Shown here one piece after another: positions 1 to 14,119 of a DNA stretch of 64,000 nt (positions within the stretch are counted from its first letter, which is position 1; the number at the start of each line of letters is the position of its first letter). Position numbers and translations under genes: made by a program. Source of the stretch: Malacoraja senta (Eukaryota); assembly GCA_038087875.1 (NCBI GenBank), contig CM075980.1, positions 18,414,001 through 18,478,000 of the forward strand, given 5' to 3'. The notes below the pieces were generated by a model. That model worked only from the letters and a program-made list of their open reading frames with translations, was not told the origin of the DNA and searched no databases.

Positions 1-753
1 TTCAAAAGACATCTGGATTAGATCTCTGCATAAAAAGGGATCTACTGGCTTAAAGCTGCTGTCAAATACAGCACTTTTTTCCACTAGAAAAAGAAAGCAC
101 ACTACCATATCAAAATAAATGGTTTAATAATTACAAGGATTCAAATTTAAGATCATTCCTTCAATGTTCTTCAGATTCAAAACTAAAAGATATGTTTTTC
201 AGTTTTAACTTGGAGTATTTCAGAAGTTGACTTGGATCACCACCAAAAAGGTATGAGGTTATACTTAATAAAAACATTCATGTTTTCCCTTAAATTTGAT
301 ACTGTAAAAATTTACTGGTCTGAAATATTTCCAAAATCACAGTCAAAATGTACACATTTAATGCAAGTGATCAGGTAAATATTACAATTGTACAAATAAT
401 CCTAATTTTATCTCCACCCATCTATGATTTAAATTAACCAATGATTAAAGTATAACTACAGATTGTATAGCACAACAGTTACATTACAGCACAAATGTGT
501 TTCCACTCATCTGGGAATTCCTGATATTTATAGTTTAGTTTTTAGTTTACTTTATTGTCATGTGTAACGAGATAAAGTAAAAAGCTTTGGTTTCATGCTA
601 ACCAGTCAGTGGATAGACAACATGATTACAATCGAGACATCCACAGTGATAAAGAGAATAACGTGAATAACATTTAGTGCAAGATACAGTCCAGTAAAAT
701 CCGATCAAAGATAGTGTGAGGGTCTCGAATGAGGTAGATAGCATTCATTGTCA

Positions 754-1046
754 GGTTTAGTTTAGTTTAGAGATACAGCACGGAAACAGGCCCTTCGGCC
801 CACTGGGTCCGCACCGACCAGCGATCGCCACACATTAACTCCATCCTACATCCACTAGGGACAATTTTGACATTTTTTACTGAACCAATTAACCTACAAA
901 ACTGGACGTCTTTGGAGTGTGGAGGAAACCGAAGATCTCGGAGAAAACCCACGCAGGTCGGGGAGAACGTACAAACTCTGTACAGGCAGCACCCGTAGTC
1001 TCTGGCGCTGCATTCGCTGTTAGGCAGCAAGTCTACCGCTGCGCCA
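754..1046 (-). mobile_element. tRNA-head SINE (chondrichthyan type)
   Basis: Minus-strand head TGGCGCAGCGGTAG (A-box-like), body cgtgggtttttctcc...ggtttcctcc, (CTAAA)n tail; several copies in the window. Confidence 0.75.
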
Positions 1047-1747
1047 AGGTTCTTTGAATTGTCATCATAATATATTTTATAATTTTCAAAGTAGATCTAG
1101 GAACTATTCATTGAGCTTTCAAACCATTTGGAGGATTTGATTTCCTGACTAGACCAGTAGAATAACAGGTAAACAATCCTCCTTTCACCAGGGTGTCTGC
1201 TCAGTAAATCAACACTTCAATTTCATAATATTTTCAATGATAAAGTATGTGGAAAATGCTTCAGCATTTCTTAATTTCTTGCTAAATGGCAGATTAATAC
1301 CACGAAAGAAAGACTGGAAAAAAAAGTTAAAGTATCACAGACCTTTTACTTTGATTTTATACATTTTAAACCTTTAAAACGTTTCTTTTTGATTCAAAGC
1401 TTGTAACTCATTTTCCAGAATGCATGTTAGATCATTTCTAAAACAACTGCAACAACAATTAGCTCACTCAGACTTCATAGACTTCAACTGATTTTTTTTT
1501 GAGCATTTCCTCACGCTGTTGGCATGACCAACATGATTGTAGTTTTACATCTGCTCCATTTTATTTGGAAAAGAAACAAATAAAATGTATGGCAGCAAGC
1601 AAATTCATAGCAGCAACTCTGATGCTTACATATTTGGGGGATTCCACAATGCTAACATTTTTTGACATGCTTCATTCCAAAAAGTCCATCTTGGTTAATA
1701 ACATGCAAACCTCTACATTCACTGCAATAGATTAAATAGATTGAGCC

Positions 1748-2065
1748 TTTAGTTTTAGTTTTGTTTTATTTAGTCTTTCGAGATACAGAGTGGAAACAGG
1801 CCCTTCAGCCCAGAATCCATGCCGGGCAGCGATCACCCCATACACCAGCACTATCCTACACACTAGGGACAATTTACAATCTTACAGAAGCCACTTAACC
1901 TACACACATGTACGTCTTTGGAGTGTGGGAGGAAACTGGAACACCCGGAGAAAACCCATGCAGACACAGGGAGAACATACAAACTCCATACAGACAGCAC
2001 CCATAGTCAGGAATGAAACCAGGTCTCTGGCACTGCAAGGCAGCAACTCTACCACTGGGCCACCA
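1748..2065 (-). mobile_element. tRNA-head SINE, same family
   Basis: Same head, body and tail as 754-1046. Confidence 0.75.
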
Positions 2066-2849
2066 TGCTCTACTTTGTTCCCCAGCCATCTGTGTTCCCC
2101 AGCCATCATTTCAGTTCCAATCAGTCCTTCCAAAAACCTCCTCACCTGTATCCACCTATCACTTGCCAGGCTTTGTCCTGCCCCCACTTCCCTATTAGCT
2201 TTCTCCTGCCACCTCAACCACAATCAGTCTGAAGAAAGGTCCTGACCCGAAATGTCATTATCCATGTTCTCTGGAGATGCTGCCTGACCTGCTGAGTTAC
2301 TCCAGCACTTTGTGTCTTTTTTAAAATTCAATTTCAAATACTGTTATAGTTCACATACTCCTCCATGTAATCAGTTAATAATCTAGTTATGAGTATGTAG
2401 GCAGGTGTAGCAGAGCATTTAGTTTATAAAGGGCTATTGTTTTGTACACTTTAAGCAAATCGCTTTGTGGTGGACTTCAATGTAAGGGTGTGGGCAGGCC
2501 ATGAGGTGTGGCCTATTTACCTTGGGCATCGTGACACAGGAAGTACAATGAAAATGGAGCCAAGCTGTTGTTATGACCTCTTGTGTAATTAATACATTCT
2601 TTCAAACCCCTTTAAATCATTACATGCCGTGGTGTCATCTAATGTCCCAGCATTGACATCAGCTGGATCTGATCATTAACAACATCCTTAACACATACAG
2701 CTACAACAGCATGGACAGTGACATGGACTATTCTCTGCCCTGTGCCAAGGCAAGACAGCTACTCTGCTCAAAGCCGAAAAGCTATCCCTGTAACAATATC
2801 AGTCTAATTTCCTACTCGGATAAGATCCTCAATTCCAAAGCACTATCCA

Positions 2850-3320
2850 ACATTTGAGAACCGACTTTAACTCCCTTAACCATGGAAATAGATTGTGGCT
2901 ATTCAACTTATCTATGCCCCATGATTTTAGAACCTCTATGAGATCACCACTCAGCTTCCTATGCTCCAGGGAAAAAAGACCTTGCCTATCTGGCCTCTCC
3001 TTGTAATTCAAACCTTCCAGACACAATAGCATCCTCATATTTTTGCGCACTCTCTGGTTTAATGACATCATTACTGCAGCAGGCTGATAAAAAACTAAAC
3101 ACACTACACCAAATGTGGCTTTACCAACATCTTGCACAGTTGTAAAATGACATCGCAGTTCGTGTTAATGGCCTGTGAAGGAAAACACACTAAATGTCTT
3201 CTTCATCACCCTGTTTTCCTTCAAGGAACTACGTACCTGCAACTCTTGAGTTCTGTTCTGCAACACTCGCCAGGGCTCTACCATTTATTATTTAAGTTCT
3301 GCCCCGGTTTGTCTGAACGA
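2850..3320 (-). mobile_element. Degraded CR1-type LINE 3' fragment
   Basis: Translates to LNYKER..GLFSLEHRKLSGDLIEV, the CR1 ORF2 C-terminal motif. Confidence 0.75.
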
Positions 3321-4482
3321 GAAATATGGCAGATTAAGTTTAATTTGAATAAATGCTACACATTGCATTTATCCAAATTAAATTTCATCTGCCATACTTC
3401 TGCTCAGCGAGCATGCAAGCAGGTATGTTTAAAACTTCTCACACTTGATACTAAAAAATTGAATAAATTAAAAAAAAATTTTTTTATAAACAAACATGTC
3501 AAAATATTTGATTAATCCATTACCTGCATAATCAAAACTATAATTAACGTATGACATCTATTACAACCATTATTTAATATTTAGAGAATATTATTTTCCA
3601 ACTAATAGATGCATGATTTGAAATAGTGATGTTTCAAAGCTGCTATAAACTGTGTGAAATATTCACATGAGCAAACGGAATGAATAATAGTTCAGTGCTA
3701 TCTTCACAAACCTGCATAATATTTCACCCCATTCAATCCATGTCCTTATCATTGCCATTGAATGCAGAACATTTAAACGATAGTGTAGCTCTATTTATTA
3801 TTAAGGTCAGATGACAAGTTAGAAATTGAAAACAAATACACAATTGATCTTTAGCAAAGCAAGTGCTGGAAGAACGCAGCAGGTCAGACAGCATCTGTGG
3901 AGGTAATGAATAGGTGATGTTTCAGGTCGGGACCCTTCTTCAGTCTGTAGAAGTGTCTCGATCCTAAACGTCGTCGATCCATTCCTTTTGCAGATGCTAT
4001 CTGAACTGTTGAGCTCCTCCAGCACTCTGTTTTGTTCAAGATTCTAGCATCTGCCATTCCTTGTATCATGACTGATCTTTAACCGTTGAGAGGGGTTCTA
4101 TCTGGTGTGCCTATCTCCACCAACAGCGTGAACATCAGCTGGGGAGAAAGCTCAAGCCCAATCCATCACACTTCTCATTCTGAAAAGTCTTACAGGAGGG
4201 AGAAAAGTATCCAAGCTTTATTACAACCGATTATTTCCATGCTTGCATTTTCATTCAAGACAACACTGCATTCGGAAATTATTTTCAGCAACCAATTTGC
4301 AAGTTAAGGAACAATTTAAAGAATTCAAAAGAGAAAAAAAAATACCATTAAAAAATCTGTCATCACATTTTAATGATTACAGCTTAAATTCTGATTAGTT
4401 AATCTTCACGTCTCTTTATTTATAAGCTTAGATTTATATCACAATTAAAAGGCTTGTCATTCTCCAAGTCTATGGCACCCAC

Positions 4483-4657
4483 CTGCTCTCATCAAAAAAT
4501 GCAATCTCTTGCTGTATTATGCTCCCAAAAAGTTTCTTACGCAGTCTGGCCACCAGCCTGTGACCAGCAAGGACAAAAAAATAGGCGCGGACAAACGAAC
4601 AAACAGCACCACCAACGTATATGCCAAAGAGGATAAGGATCATTCTGTCAAGCTCCT
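4483..4657 (-). CDS. ABCB half-transporter coding exon 6 (core TM2, coupling helix 1); gene continues past the left edge
   Basis: ttctttctttcag|AG GAG ... AGC AG|gtgggt, 175 nt. Encodes ELDRMILILFGIYVGGAVCSFVRAYFFVLAGHRLVARLRKKLFGSIIQQEIAFFDES(R), the hallmark ABCB motif RLRxxLFxxIIxQEIAFFD. Confidence 0.92.
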
Positions 4658-7600
4658 CTGAAAGAAAGAACAGCGAGCATTCAGAGTGAATTTTTAAAAC
4701 CCAAGATCAGATCGACTTCAAATAACTACTCAAGAGTTTTAATAATACTTTTAATACTACTTTCCCTCATTTTCAGTTCTCATTTGCTGTACAAAAAATG
4801 AGAAGGGAACAATAATATTCACCGGATCAAGCAAAACATCTACTAATGTGTTTGCCCCGACAGACATTCACTACCACGATGATAATGCTTTAACGCATAA
4901 TGCTTAACCACAAATAATACAATGGGGCAGCTTCAATGGGGCAGCTTCAAATCCAGTCAATATCATTTCTCTGCAGCACATTTTAAATTGACATACCATT
5001 GTCACATTTTCTCTATGGGTCAGGTAGCATCTGTGGAGGGAATGGACGAACAATGTTTCCGTTCGGCATCCTTATTCAGTCTGAAGAAACGCCTGTCCCA
5101 AAACATTGTGTGTCTGTTCCCTCCACAGATGCTGCGTGACCCGCTGAGTTCCTCCAGCACTACGTTTTTTGCTCAAGATTCCAGAATCTGCAGTTTGTGT
5201 CCCAATTTTTTTGGTGCAATCAAACTCATCCTTATCAAAATAAGGAATCTTAATTAGGTCTTGAAAACATAAATGACCCATACAGTTCTATAATGAGGCA
5301 GATTTTGTTCACTGCCTTCTATTTATACCAACGCACAACTCATTTTTAAATTATTCACAAGCCTTTACCACTTTCCCCCCCAAGCCACTACCACCACTTA
5401 TGTAATTGAAAATGTCCCGACTTCTATCTACTGGAGATTTCCCTTTTGTTTCATATCCCTTCCTCCCACTGTCTTCCCTGAGTCAACGATGCAGGCTCTG
5501 CTTTGTTCTGTACCTTCCCATACCTCCAGTGTCCCCCTTGCTCCCAGTCGCGAGGGTCTCACCCCGAATCATCACCTATTACTTTTCTCCAGAGATGCTG
5601 CCTGATATACTCAGTTACTCCAACATTGTGTGTCTGTAGGCAGTGTAAACCAGCATCTGCAGTCCCTTTTTTTAAAACAAAATTCCAGTTACATTGGACA
5701 TAATTTGGTTGTGTATTTTCTTCTGAAAACAGTATCAATGCACCCTCTGGTGGATAGCTTTGAATTGTTCACTTCAGATTGGAAGGAGGAGGATTTACTG
5801 ATCAGGTCCTGCTCCCTGCAGCCAACCATAATCCACAACAAAATCACTGCACACAGTCCACCCACACCTGGTTCAGATGCAGAGAGCCTACCGTCCTGCC
5901 CAGAGGCATCCTGGCCTCTAGTATTTTGGTCTAGGCAAGCAGTGGGGCACCTCGTAGTGCAGTGAGGGGCACCCATCCCCAAAGCCCCACACAAAGCTTT
6001 TACAGCTGACAAAACCTGTTTTCCTAGCTGAAAAATCCATGATGTTTTTTAAAACATTGTTTTATTTAATAACACAGACTTCAGGTGAAGTTAAAAGCTA
6101 CAAAAATTTAAGTAATTAAAACAAAATTTAAAATATTCCAAAAGTCTGTAATTTGAATGTGTGTAATTGTCACATGTACAGAAAACAGACCATAGGATTT
6201 CCTCCCACATCCCAAAGGCGTGCGGGTTCGGAGGTTAATTGGGCTCTGTAAATTGCCCCTAGTGTGTCAGGAGTGAATGAGAAAGTGGGACATCATAAAA
6301 CAAGTGTGAACAGGTGATTGTAGGCTGAGGAGCCTGTTTCCATGCTGTATCTCAAAACACAACTTTGAAATGAGTAGAAAGGAACTGATGTTGGTTTACA
6401 TTGAGGACAGACAAATGCTGGAGTAACTGCGGGACAGGCAGCAACACTGGATAGAAGGAATAGGTGACATTTCGGATCGAGAGCGAAGAAGGGTCTCGAC
6501 CCGAAAACGTCACCCATTCCTTCTATCCAGAGATGCTGCCTGTCCTGCTGAGTTACTCCAGCATTTAGTGTCTATCTTCAGAATAATGAAATTCTTACTT
6601 GCAGCAGCATGGCAGGTCTGTAAATTTGCAACTTTAAAAAGTTCACAAAAAGTACATGAAACACATTAAATCAATCAAAATAATTTAAAAAACTTATCAT
6701 CTGATTTGCCTCCTGATCCACAGCTCTACAATCTCCACTAAAGCACCTTAGATCCTGCACCACATCAAACCTGGTAAATGATCCAAGAGGCAATTTCCCA
6801 GCATGATCTTGGGGGAATCCATATGCTGCTGGACTCCATGTATTCCACATATGATAGTGTATTCATGGAAGGACTGGGCCTACAGCCATTTAAAAGTGGT
6901 TCTGCTTGGAACAGCAGGCAACAAGATCTAGCCGATTTACATTTATGTCTGAAGAATGAGCTGTTTAATATAAATAATATTAGTATAATTCATTAAGACA
7001 AAAAAAATGCAGTTGTTGGAATCTTGAGCAGACTACCAAGTGCTGGAGGAATTCCACATCACCCAAAAAGTTGCATGTTCATTTTCAGGCCTCCCAGTTC
7101 GGGTCCAGCCAGGACCCAAGCCTAGTCCATCCACCGCTACTAGCAACAGTTCTCCCTCCGTGCACTACTTCAAAACTCCCTGCCAAGCGCCAGTACTTGC
7201 TGGCCACGGCTCTGTCTCTCCCTTAGCTCCAGGCCTCATTCCCCAAGACCTGCCATTGACCTCAACTTCACTTTATCCTCTGCCTGATCCACTCCTTCGT
7301 TTAGTTTATTGTCACGCGTATCGAGGCACAGTGAAGAGCGTTTGTTGTGTGCTAACCAGTCAGCTGAAGACAATACATGATTACAACCGAGCCATTCACA
7401 GCGTACAGATACACGATAAAGGGAATAACATGAATAACGTTTAGTGCAAGACAAAGTCCAGTAAGGTCTAACCAAAGATAGTCCGAGCAGTCTCCAATGA
7501 GTTAGACAGTAGCTCAGTACCGCTCTCTAGTTGTTGGTAGGCTAGTTCAGTTGCCTGCTAACAGCTGGGAAGAAACTGTCTGTAAATCTGGACGTGTGCG

Positions 7601-8018
7601 TTTTCACACTTCTATGACTTTTGCCCAATGGGAGAGGGGAGAAGAGGGAGTGGCTGGGTGTGACTCATCCATGATTTCTGGTGGCCTTGCCGAGGCAGCG
7701 CGAGGTGTAAATGGAGTCAATGGAAGGGAGATTAGTTTGTGCGATTGTCTGGACTGCGTTCACAATTCCCTGCAATTTCTGTGGTTTTGGGTGGGGCTGT
7801 TTGATCTGCGCAAGATTCCAATATCTGCTGTTCCTGGTGTCCACCCTCCTCAGATGCTGCCTGACCAGCTGAATCCCTCCAGCACGTTGTGTTTTCCTTC
7901 ATCATAAGCTAGTTTTCAACCATTATTTTTTAACAAATTTCCCCAAATTCATTCATTTGATTCACTTATTGTCATTTCTACATCAAGGATTTCACAGCAA
8001 AATAAAATAATCACATAC

Positions 8019-8130
8019 CCATCGAATCCATAGCTGAATCAATGACCTTGCCAAAGAAAAGTGGAGCCACGATCTGAGAGAGACTAGAGACAAGAAGTGC
8101 CAGCATCCCACCAACACAAATCAACAGTTC
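8019..8130 (-). CDS. ABCB half-transporter coding exon 5 (core TM1)
   Basis: ttctgctaccacag|GAA ... ATG G|gtatgt, 112 nt. Encodes ELLICVGGMLALLVSSLSQIVAPLFFGKVIDSAMDSM, containing the ABC_membrane TM1 motif PxFFGKVID. Confidence 0.9.
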
Positions 8131-8648
8131 CTGTGGTAGCAGAAAATATTATTTAGTTTATTGTCATGTGTACCAAGGTACAATGAATAGCTTTTTTGTT
8201 GCATGCTTTCCAGTCAGCAGTCTGTACATGATTACAATCAATCGGTTCACAGTGTACAGATGCAGGATAAAGGAAATAATGTTTAGTTGAAGATAAAGTC
8301 CAGTAAAGTCTGCTGTTGTAGTGGAGGTTTAAAAGAATGGAGCGATTGTAATGAATGATTGCAGATCCACTTCTGCGACCAGCAATCAGAGAGTCACCTG
8401 GCTTGGACTCCATCTTGACTCTTGCACCCTTCACTCTTGTAGAAATACATTCTGGTTGCTTAAATTGTAAATATGATAAACATGTGGCAATCTCCAACAA
8501 ATAATTTTTCAAAAAGCAAACATTTACATAAACTGAGAATAACTATTTTCATTCAGATACAGGGCAATGATACAGAAGATCAGTTGGAGCTTATTTGATT
8601 CTTGAACTGCTTCAGTTCTAAATTTACACATTTGTACAAGACATAATA

Positions 8649-9686
8649 TAGGTATGTTACAAAACTTACCTTCAGTCGCGCTGTAATTCTGCCACTGGCC
8701 GTGTGCGCGATTTTGGCGCCTTTAAGGGGGGGGCGGGGATAAAACGCGGTTTCTCCTCCCTTGTCCTGGAAATATTTTGTTGGAGTACAAACCTTCGCTG
8801 ACAAAATCGTTCCTACTGGCGATTTGTGATTTTTTTTTTTAATTAAATCGTCAATGTCAGCGCTAGTCATTTTAAAAGCAGCTCCTGAAGCGTCAACGCC
8901 AATAACGGGGACGGATTTCACACAATGGACAGGTAAACGAAAGTGCTTTCTTTAAATGTATAAAAGTGCTTCTTAAGAAGCCTTTAATTCACATTTTTTC
9001 ATGCGACACGGTGATTTTATTCCCCGAATTAACGGCAGTATTTTTCATGCCAATACGGGGTTAAATTCACCGCAAATGAACGTTCCAAAAGATCGCGTTC
9101 CAGAAATTCTCACTCGCAAGATGAATTAAATCCCCATTAATTTACAGGTATTAAACATTCAATTCCTTCCATTTGGCCTGTAAATTCATGAAAATTAGAT
9201 TTAAAAATTATGTTATATTGTGAATTATTGTGTGAATGTTATTTGGACACTTAGGCTATTTAAAAATGTTAATCTATTCTTAAGAAATTGATAGATGTTT
9301 AGATCTAGTAATTGAATTTTGTAATTAGCTACAATTAGGTAACTAACTAATTATATGCTTTACTTTCATGTCTTCGAAGTAAGATTGTTTCATATTTGTT
9401 TCAGAATGCTTCAATCTATAATACCTGAAAATTTCTTTCAGTTACCATAATTTTTAAGAAAGTTATGGGCTTTTAACTGTCCTCGATCACAGCTTTTGTG
9501 TTAAGTCAATGGAAAAGCAATAGGGAACTAGATGCTAATTTCTGAGTATGATAATGGCCATAACTTTTTTAATACTGAAGATATGAAAGTGAATTAAGTG
9601 TCAAATTAAACTTCTTTTTATGCTTTATCTGATGGGATAAATTGCAGACTTTATTTTTTAAATCTCAAAATTTTGTAACATTGCTA
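8649..9686. mobile_element. Non-autonomous DNA transposon, ~1.04 kb
   Basis: Imperfect TIRs TAGGTATGTTACAAAA / TTTTGTAACATTGCTA with a flanking direct repeat (a)cataata (7-8 bp TSD); no transposase ORF. Confidence 0.75.
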
Positions 9687-9724
9687 CATAATACAATCAA
9701 TCTATCAATCACTTCCTTAGCAAT

Positions 9725-10125
9725 TTTAGATAAGCTGGAAAGAGTGCAGAGATTAATGAGCATGTTGCCAGGACTCTAGGACTTTATTCCTTGAAGCACA
9801 AGGAGATTGAGGGGTGATCTTTTCGAGGTGTTTAAAATCATGAGGGGAATTGATAGGCTGAATGCACAGAGCCTTTTACCCAGGGTAGAACCAGGTTTAA
9901 GGTGAGAAGGGAAATATTTAATAGGATCCTGAGGGGGCAACATTTTCCCTCAGAGGGTGGGGAGTATATGGAATCAGCTGCCAGTGGAGGTAGTTGAGGC
10001 AGGTACAATAACAACAAAAAGATACTTGAACAGGTACATGCATAGGACTAGCTTAGATGGAGCAACCTGGTCGGTACGGACGAGTTGGGACGAAGGGCCT
10101 GTATCTCTGCTGTATGACACTATGA
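9725..10125 (+). mobile_element. CR1-type LINE 3' fragment
   Basis: Remnants of LRGDL and WNQLPVEVVEAG. Confidence 0.7.
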
Positions 10126-10276
10126 CTATTAAAATTCAATTTTCACTAATGGTGATCAATCTCGAGAGACTTGATCCTCTATTTCTGTTCGCACTCAGTT
10201 AATTATATTTATTGCATGACATTCACCACTTACTTCCAATAAATTGACATTCGAGAAGATGGTAAAGAATACTTAC

Positions 10277-10382
10277 ATCCTTGGCCAGTGAGAGTAGACG
10301 CCCAAGATCAGCTTTACTTTCTTGGTCCCTTACTTCTTCCATGTTTTGCACTATACGGAAGATCTGCAACCTTCTCAGGAAC
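10277..10382 (-). CDS. ABCB half-transporter coding exon 4 (linker/elbow helix)
   Basis: atgtctcag|G TTC CTG ... AAG GAT|gtaagt, 106 nt. Encodes FLRRLQIFRIVQNMEEVRDQESKADLGRLLSLAKD; RLLSLAK is the typical elbow helix of TAP/ABCB9/ABCB10 cores. Confidence 0.85.
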
Positions 10383-11094
10383 CTGAGACATGAAGCAGTA
10401 ATGAAAGTCAATGAGAACCAATTCATGCAACCAGTAACTTCCAGTTCATCATATATCCCTGATATACTGAAAATTTGGAGTAAATACATTCCAAAGAATC
10501 ATTACTGAAAGTAAGGAGACCATTTGGTCCATGCATACCACCTTTTTGCAAGACGACTCAGTTTCATTCGCCTCTGTCTATTTTTCTCCTTTATTTATCC
10601 CGTTCACTTTTGGAAATACTGATTTAATGTGCTCCCAACATCCCTACAGGCTGTGTATTCCAGATCATGGCCACTCCACGGTAAGAACTATGCTACTACC
10701 TTTTCATAATCCGATGCAGCCCTGCGTTGTAAATCGCCAACATTATTCACCATACTTTGTGCATTCACATATAGGCAGTAAAGTGATCTTTTCACTGTCC
10801 CTCCAGCCCCATAGCAGAAGTGTCCACGTCGCGGGGCTGGAAACTGGAAGTATCCCGAGCTAATTCTGCTACTACCAAAATCTACTGTAACAAGTGATGG
10901 CTTCCACTGATTGTCGCCAGAAGCTTGCGTCCTTTTCAGGACAGACGATGACAGCGAGGCCAACATTTGTAACAAGATGGACACGAAAAGACTGTCCCTC
11001 CAATCAAAACTAAAGATAAATATTAAACTTTATAATTTGTATACAAGTGGGAAAAGCAATTATAGTTATTACTTGTGCAACTTTCTCAAAATAG

Positions 11095-11460
11095 TCAGAG
11101 TCATACAGCGTGAAAGCAGGCCCTTCAGCCCAACTTGCCCATGCCGACCAACATGTCCCATCTAAACTAGTCCCACCTGCCTGATTTTAGCCCATATCCC
11201 TCTAAACCTGTCCTATCCATGTACCTGTCGAAATGTTTCTTAAACGTTGCGATAGTACCTGCCTCAACAACCTCTTCCAGAAGCTTGTTCCATACAGCCA
11301 CCATCCTTTGTGTAAAAACTTTACCCCTCATGTTCCCATTACATTTTTCCTCCCTCATGTTAAACCGATGTTCTCTGGTTCTCAATTCCCCTACTCTGGC
11401 CAAAAGACTCTGTGTTTACCCGTTCTATTCCTCATGATTCAGTATACCTCTACAAGATCC
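11095..11460 (-). mobile_element. CR1-type LINE 3' fragment
   Basis: FTQRMVAVWNKLLEEVVEAG motif in ORF 11167..11403. Confidence 0.75.
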
Positions 11461-12514
11461 GCCTTGTTGTTCAAAACGTTTTGAATCTGTTCTAATACAT
11501 ACAATTAATGTTAACGTGTAATCACCTTACTGTACTTAATTGGCACAACGGTTGTTTCAATCGCAGGAAAAGTGCTCAGTTAATACACATCCAGTGGTGT
11601 CAGTGAGGGATGTTTGGAGGCAACGACATCAATAAATTTATTTGCTTTTCTTGGAAATCACCACAGATTTCCTACATCTGGCAATGGATAACCCTTTCAA
11701 TTCAGAATTGCATGCCAATCTAGAATGCAAGCTGGAGCCAGGTATTAATAACAGGATCAACTTCATACTTAAATAATTCCTGGGTGTTTTCACAGATATA
11801 GATTTAAGGTAAGAGGGGAAAATTTAATAGGAGCCAGAGGAACATATTTTTCACATAGAAGGTATATGGAACAAGCTGCCAGAGGAGGTATTTGAGGCAG
11901 GTACAGTCATAACATTTGAGACATTTGGACAGGTACATGGATAGGAAAGGTTTGGAGGGATATGGGTCAAACACAGGCAGGTGGGACTAACGTAGAGTCA
12001 GTCTGAAGAAGGGTCTTGACTCGAAACATCACCAATCCATGTTCTCCAGAGATACTGCTTGATCTGCTGAGCTACTCAGTCTTCTATGAACCAATACTTT
12101 TACATCAATTTTCAGAGATAATCTTGCTTTTACATAGACAATAGGTGTAGGAGTAGGCCATTCAGTCCTTCGAGCCAGCACCGCCATTCAATGTGATCAT
12201 GGCTGATCATCCACAATCAATACCCCGTTCCTGCCTTCTCCCTATATCCCTTGATTCCGCTAGCCCTAAGAGCTCTATCTAACTCTTTTGAATGCATCCA
12301 GTGAATCGGCCTCCACTGCCTTCTGACGCAGAGAATTCCACAAATTCATAACTCTTTGCCGTTTTACCTGATCACCGCTGAAGATATGCCCAGAACGTGA
12401 ACAAAGGCCAGAAAAAAAATCAGATCAAAAATTAAACTGCAGTAGAAAATAGGACAAACATTTATTAAAAAGGCACACTTTACAGATTTGTTCAACCATT
12501 TCAGTGTCCATTAC

Positions 12515-12597
12515 CTGTTACTTAAAACACAAAAGGGGAACTCAATGAGGCTGAAGACCAAGGTAGATATACAAACAATCTTGAACGTTAGGTGCAT
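12515..12597 (-). CDS. ABCB half-transporter coding exon 3 (last TMD0 helix)
   Basis: ctttccttttaacag|ATG CAC ... AAC AG|gtaatg, 83 nt, phase 0 to 2. Encodes hydrophobic MHLTFKIVCISTLVFSLIEFPFCVLSN(R) and bridges the phases of both neighbours. Confidence 0.8.
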
Positions 12598-13840
12598 CTG
12601 TTAAAAGGAAAGAAAGTCTTATTTGAAATAATTCAGTTTGCATAATCAGACATTAAAAAGTGTTTAAATCTCATTCACAAGAACATGATTTATTTAATAT
12701 GGGATACCATATTAGAACATAGAACAGGACAGAAGAAGAACAGGCCCTTTGATCCACAATATCTGTGCTGGACATGATGCTAAACCCAACTCTCGTCTAC
12801 CTGCACATAATCCATATCCCTCCATATCCCCATCTAAAAATCTCATAAATGCCTCTATGTATTTGCCTCAACCAGTTTCCAGGCACTCATCACTCTTCAT
12901 GTAAAAACTTTCCCACACACCTTTGCCCCTCTCAGCTTAAACCTATGGCCTCCAGTATTTTGGGGGGTTTTCCGCATCCTGGGAGAAAGGTTTTGAATGT
13001 CTACCCTATCTATGCTTCTCATAATTTTTAGATACTTCCATCAGGTCTCCCCACAACCTCTGCCATTCCAGAAAAAGAATCCAATATTGTCCAGTCATTA
13101 TTATGACTGTCAGAGAGGTCTGAATGACATGCTACTCATCTGGACTTCAAAGAATCCAATTTTTAATTTGGGAATATAAGGAGTGGCATCTATTTTTCAA
13201 GAGCATATGCTAAAAGAAACCACAGGTCTCTCAAATTACATGATTCCTTTCTGAAGGAACATGGTATGAAGCAAAAGACCAAGCAGCCCAATTCCTATGG
13301 TTTCTTCTGACAGCTAACCCCACAATTAGTCATTACCTAATATGTAAAGCAACATTTAAAACTGTTTCTATATGAGAAACTTCTTTTGTCAGGAAACGTG
13401 AAGATGGTTGCATATATATACAGGCTTAAATAATTAAAAAGCATTCTTGAAATCAAATAGGTCTTTTTTTGAGCCTAAAGATGTTGCCGGTCCATTTCCT
13501 ACACAGATGCTGCTTGACCCACCGAGTTCCTCAAGCACTGGGTGTTTTGCTTTGAGTTTTGCTCCTTACCTTGCAGGGACATGGTAAATATTTCCAAGAT
13601 TATCCATGGCATTAAAACAAGCAGGAAATAATTGTTGCACAATTTTGGATGGGGTATGGGGGTACAACTTATTTTACTCCTTAAGGGGGGGGGGTTTATA
13701 GGATAAATTAACAGCTAACACAAATGTTTGCTGAGGATAGTTCTTGTGTGATAAAGGAAGAAAGATGGGATATGTACCTGATTCAGTCGAGCACAATGAT
13801 CAAATTGATGTGATTTTCCACAAAGCAAAGCCACATGTGT

Positions 13841-14118
13841 GGGGCGGCATAACGACGTAGCGTTAGAGCTGCTGTCTTACAATGCCAGAGATCTGGATTT
13901 GATCCTGACTATGGATACTGTCTGTATGGAGTTTGTATGTTCTACCTGTGACCACATGGATTTTCTCTGGTTTCTTCCCACACTCCAAGTTTTGTTGTAC
14001 AGGTTTGTTGGTTAATTGGCTTCAGTAAAATTTTCCGTAATGTGTAGGATAGCATTAATGTTCAGGGTGATCACTGGTTGGATTCGGTAGGCCGATGGGC
14101 TAGTTTCCGTACTGTACG
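13841..14118 (+). mobile_element. tRNA-head SINE
   Basis: Head GGGGCGGCA..GTAGCGTTAGAGCTGCTG, B-box-like GATTTGATCC, same body as the other copies. Confidence 0.7.
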
Positions 14119-14119
14119 C

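Noticed and set aside
1-4480. Next ABCB exon (expected to begin TGEL..RL..D)
   Set aside because: No matching sequence was found by eye; it probably lies beyond the left edge.
10688-10984. 98 aa minus-strand ORF inside an ABCB intron
   Set aside because: It has no recognisable motif, and the flanking exons already join in phase without it.
12368-12445. Hydrophobic candidate exon ending ATCAG|gtaaaa
   Set aside because: Its acceptor phase does not fit the upstream exon; 12515-12597 fits both neighbours and has better splice sites.
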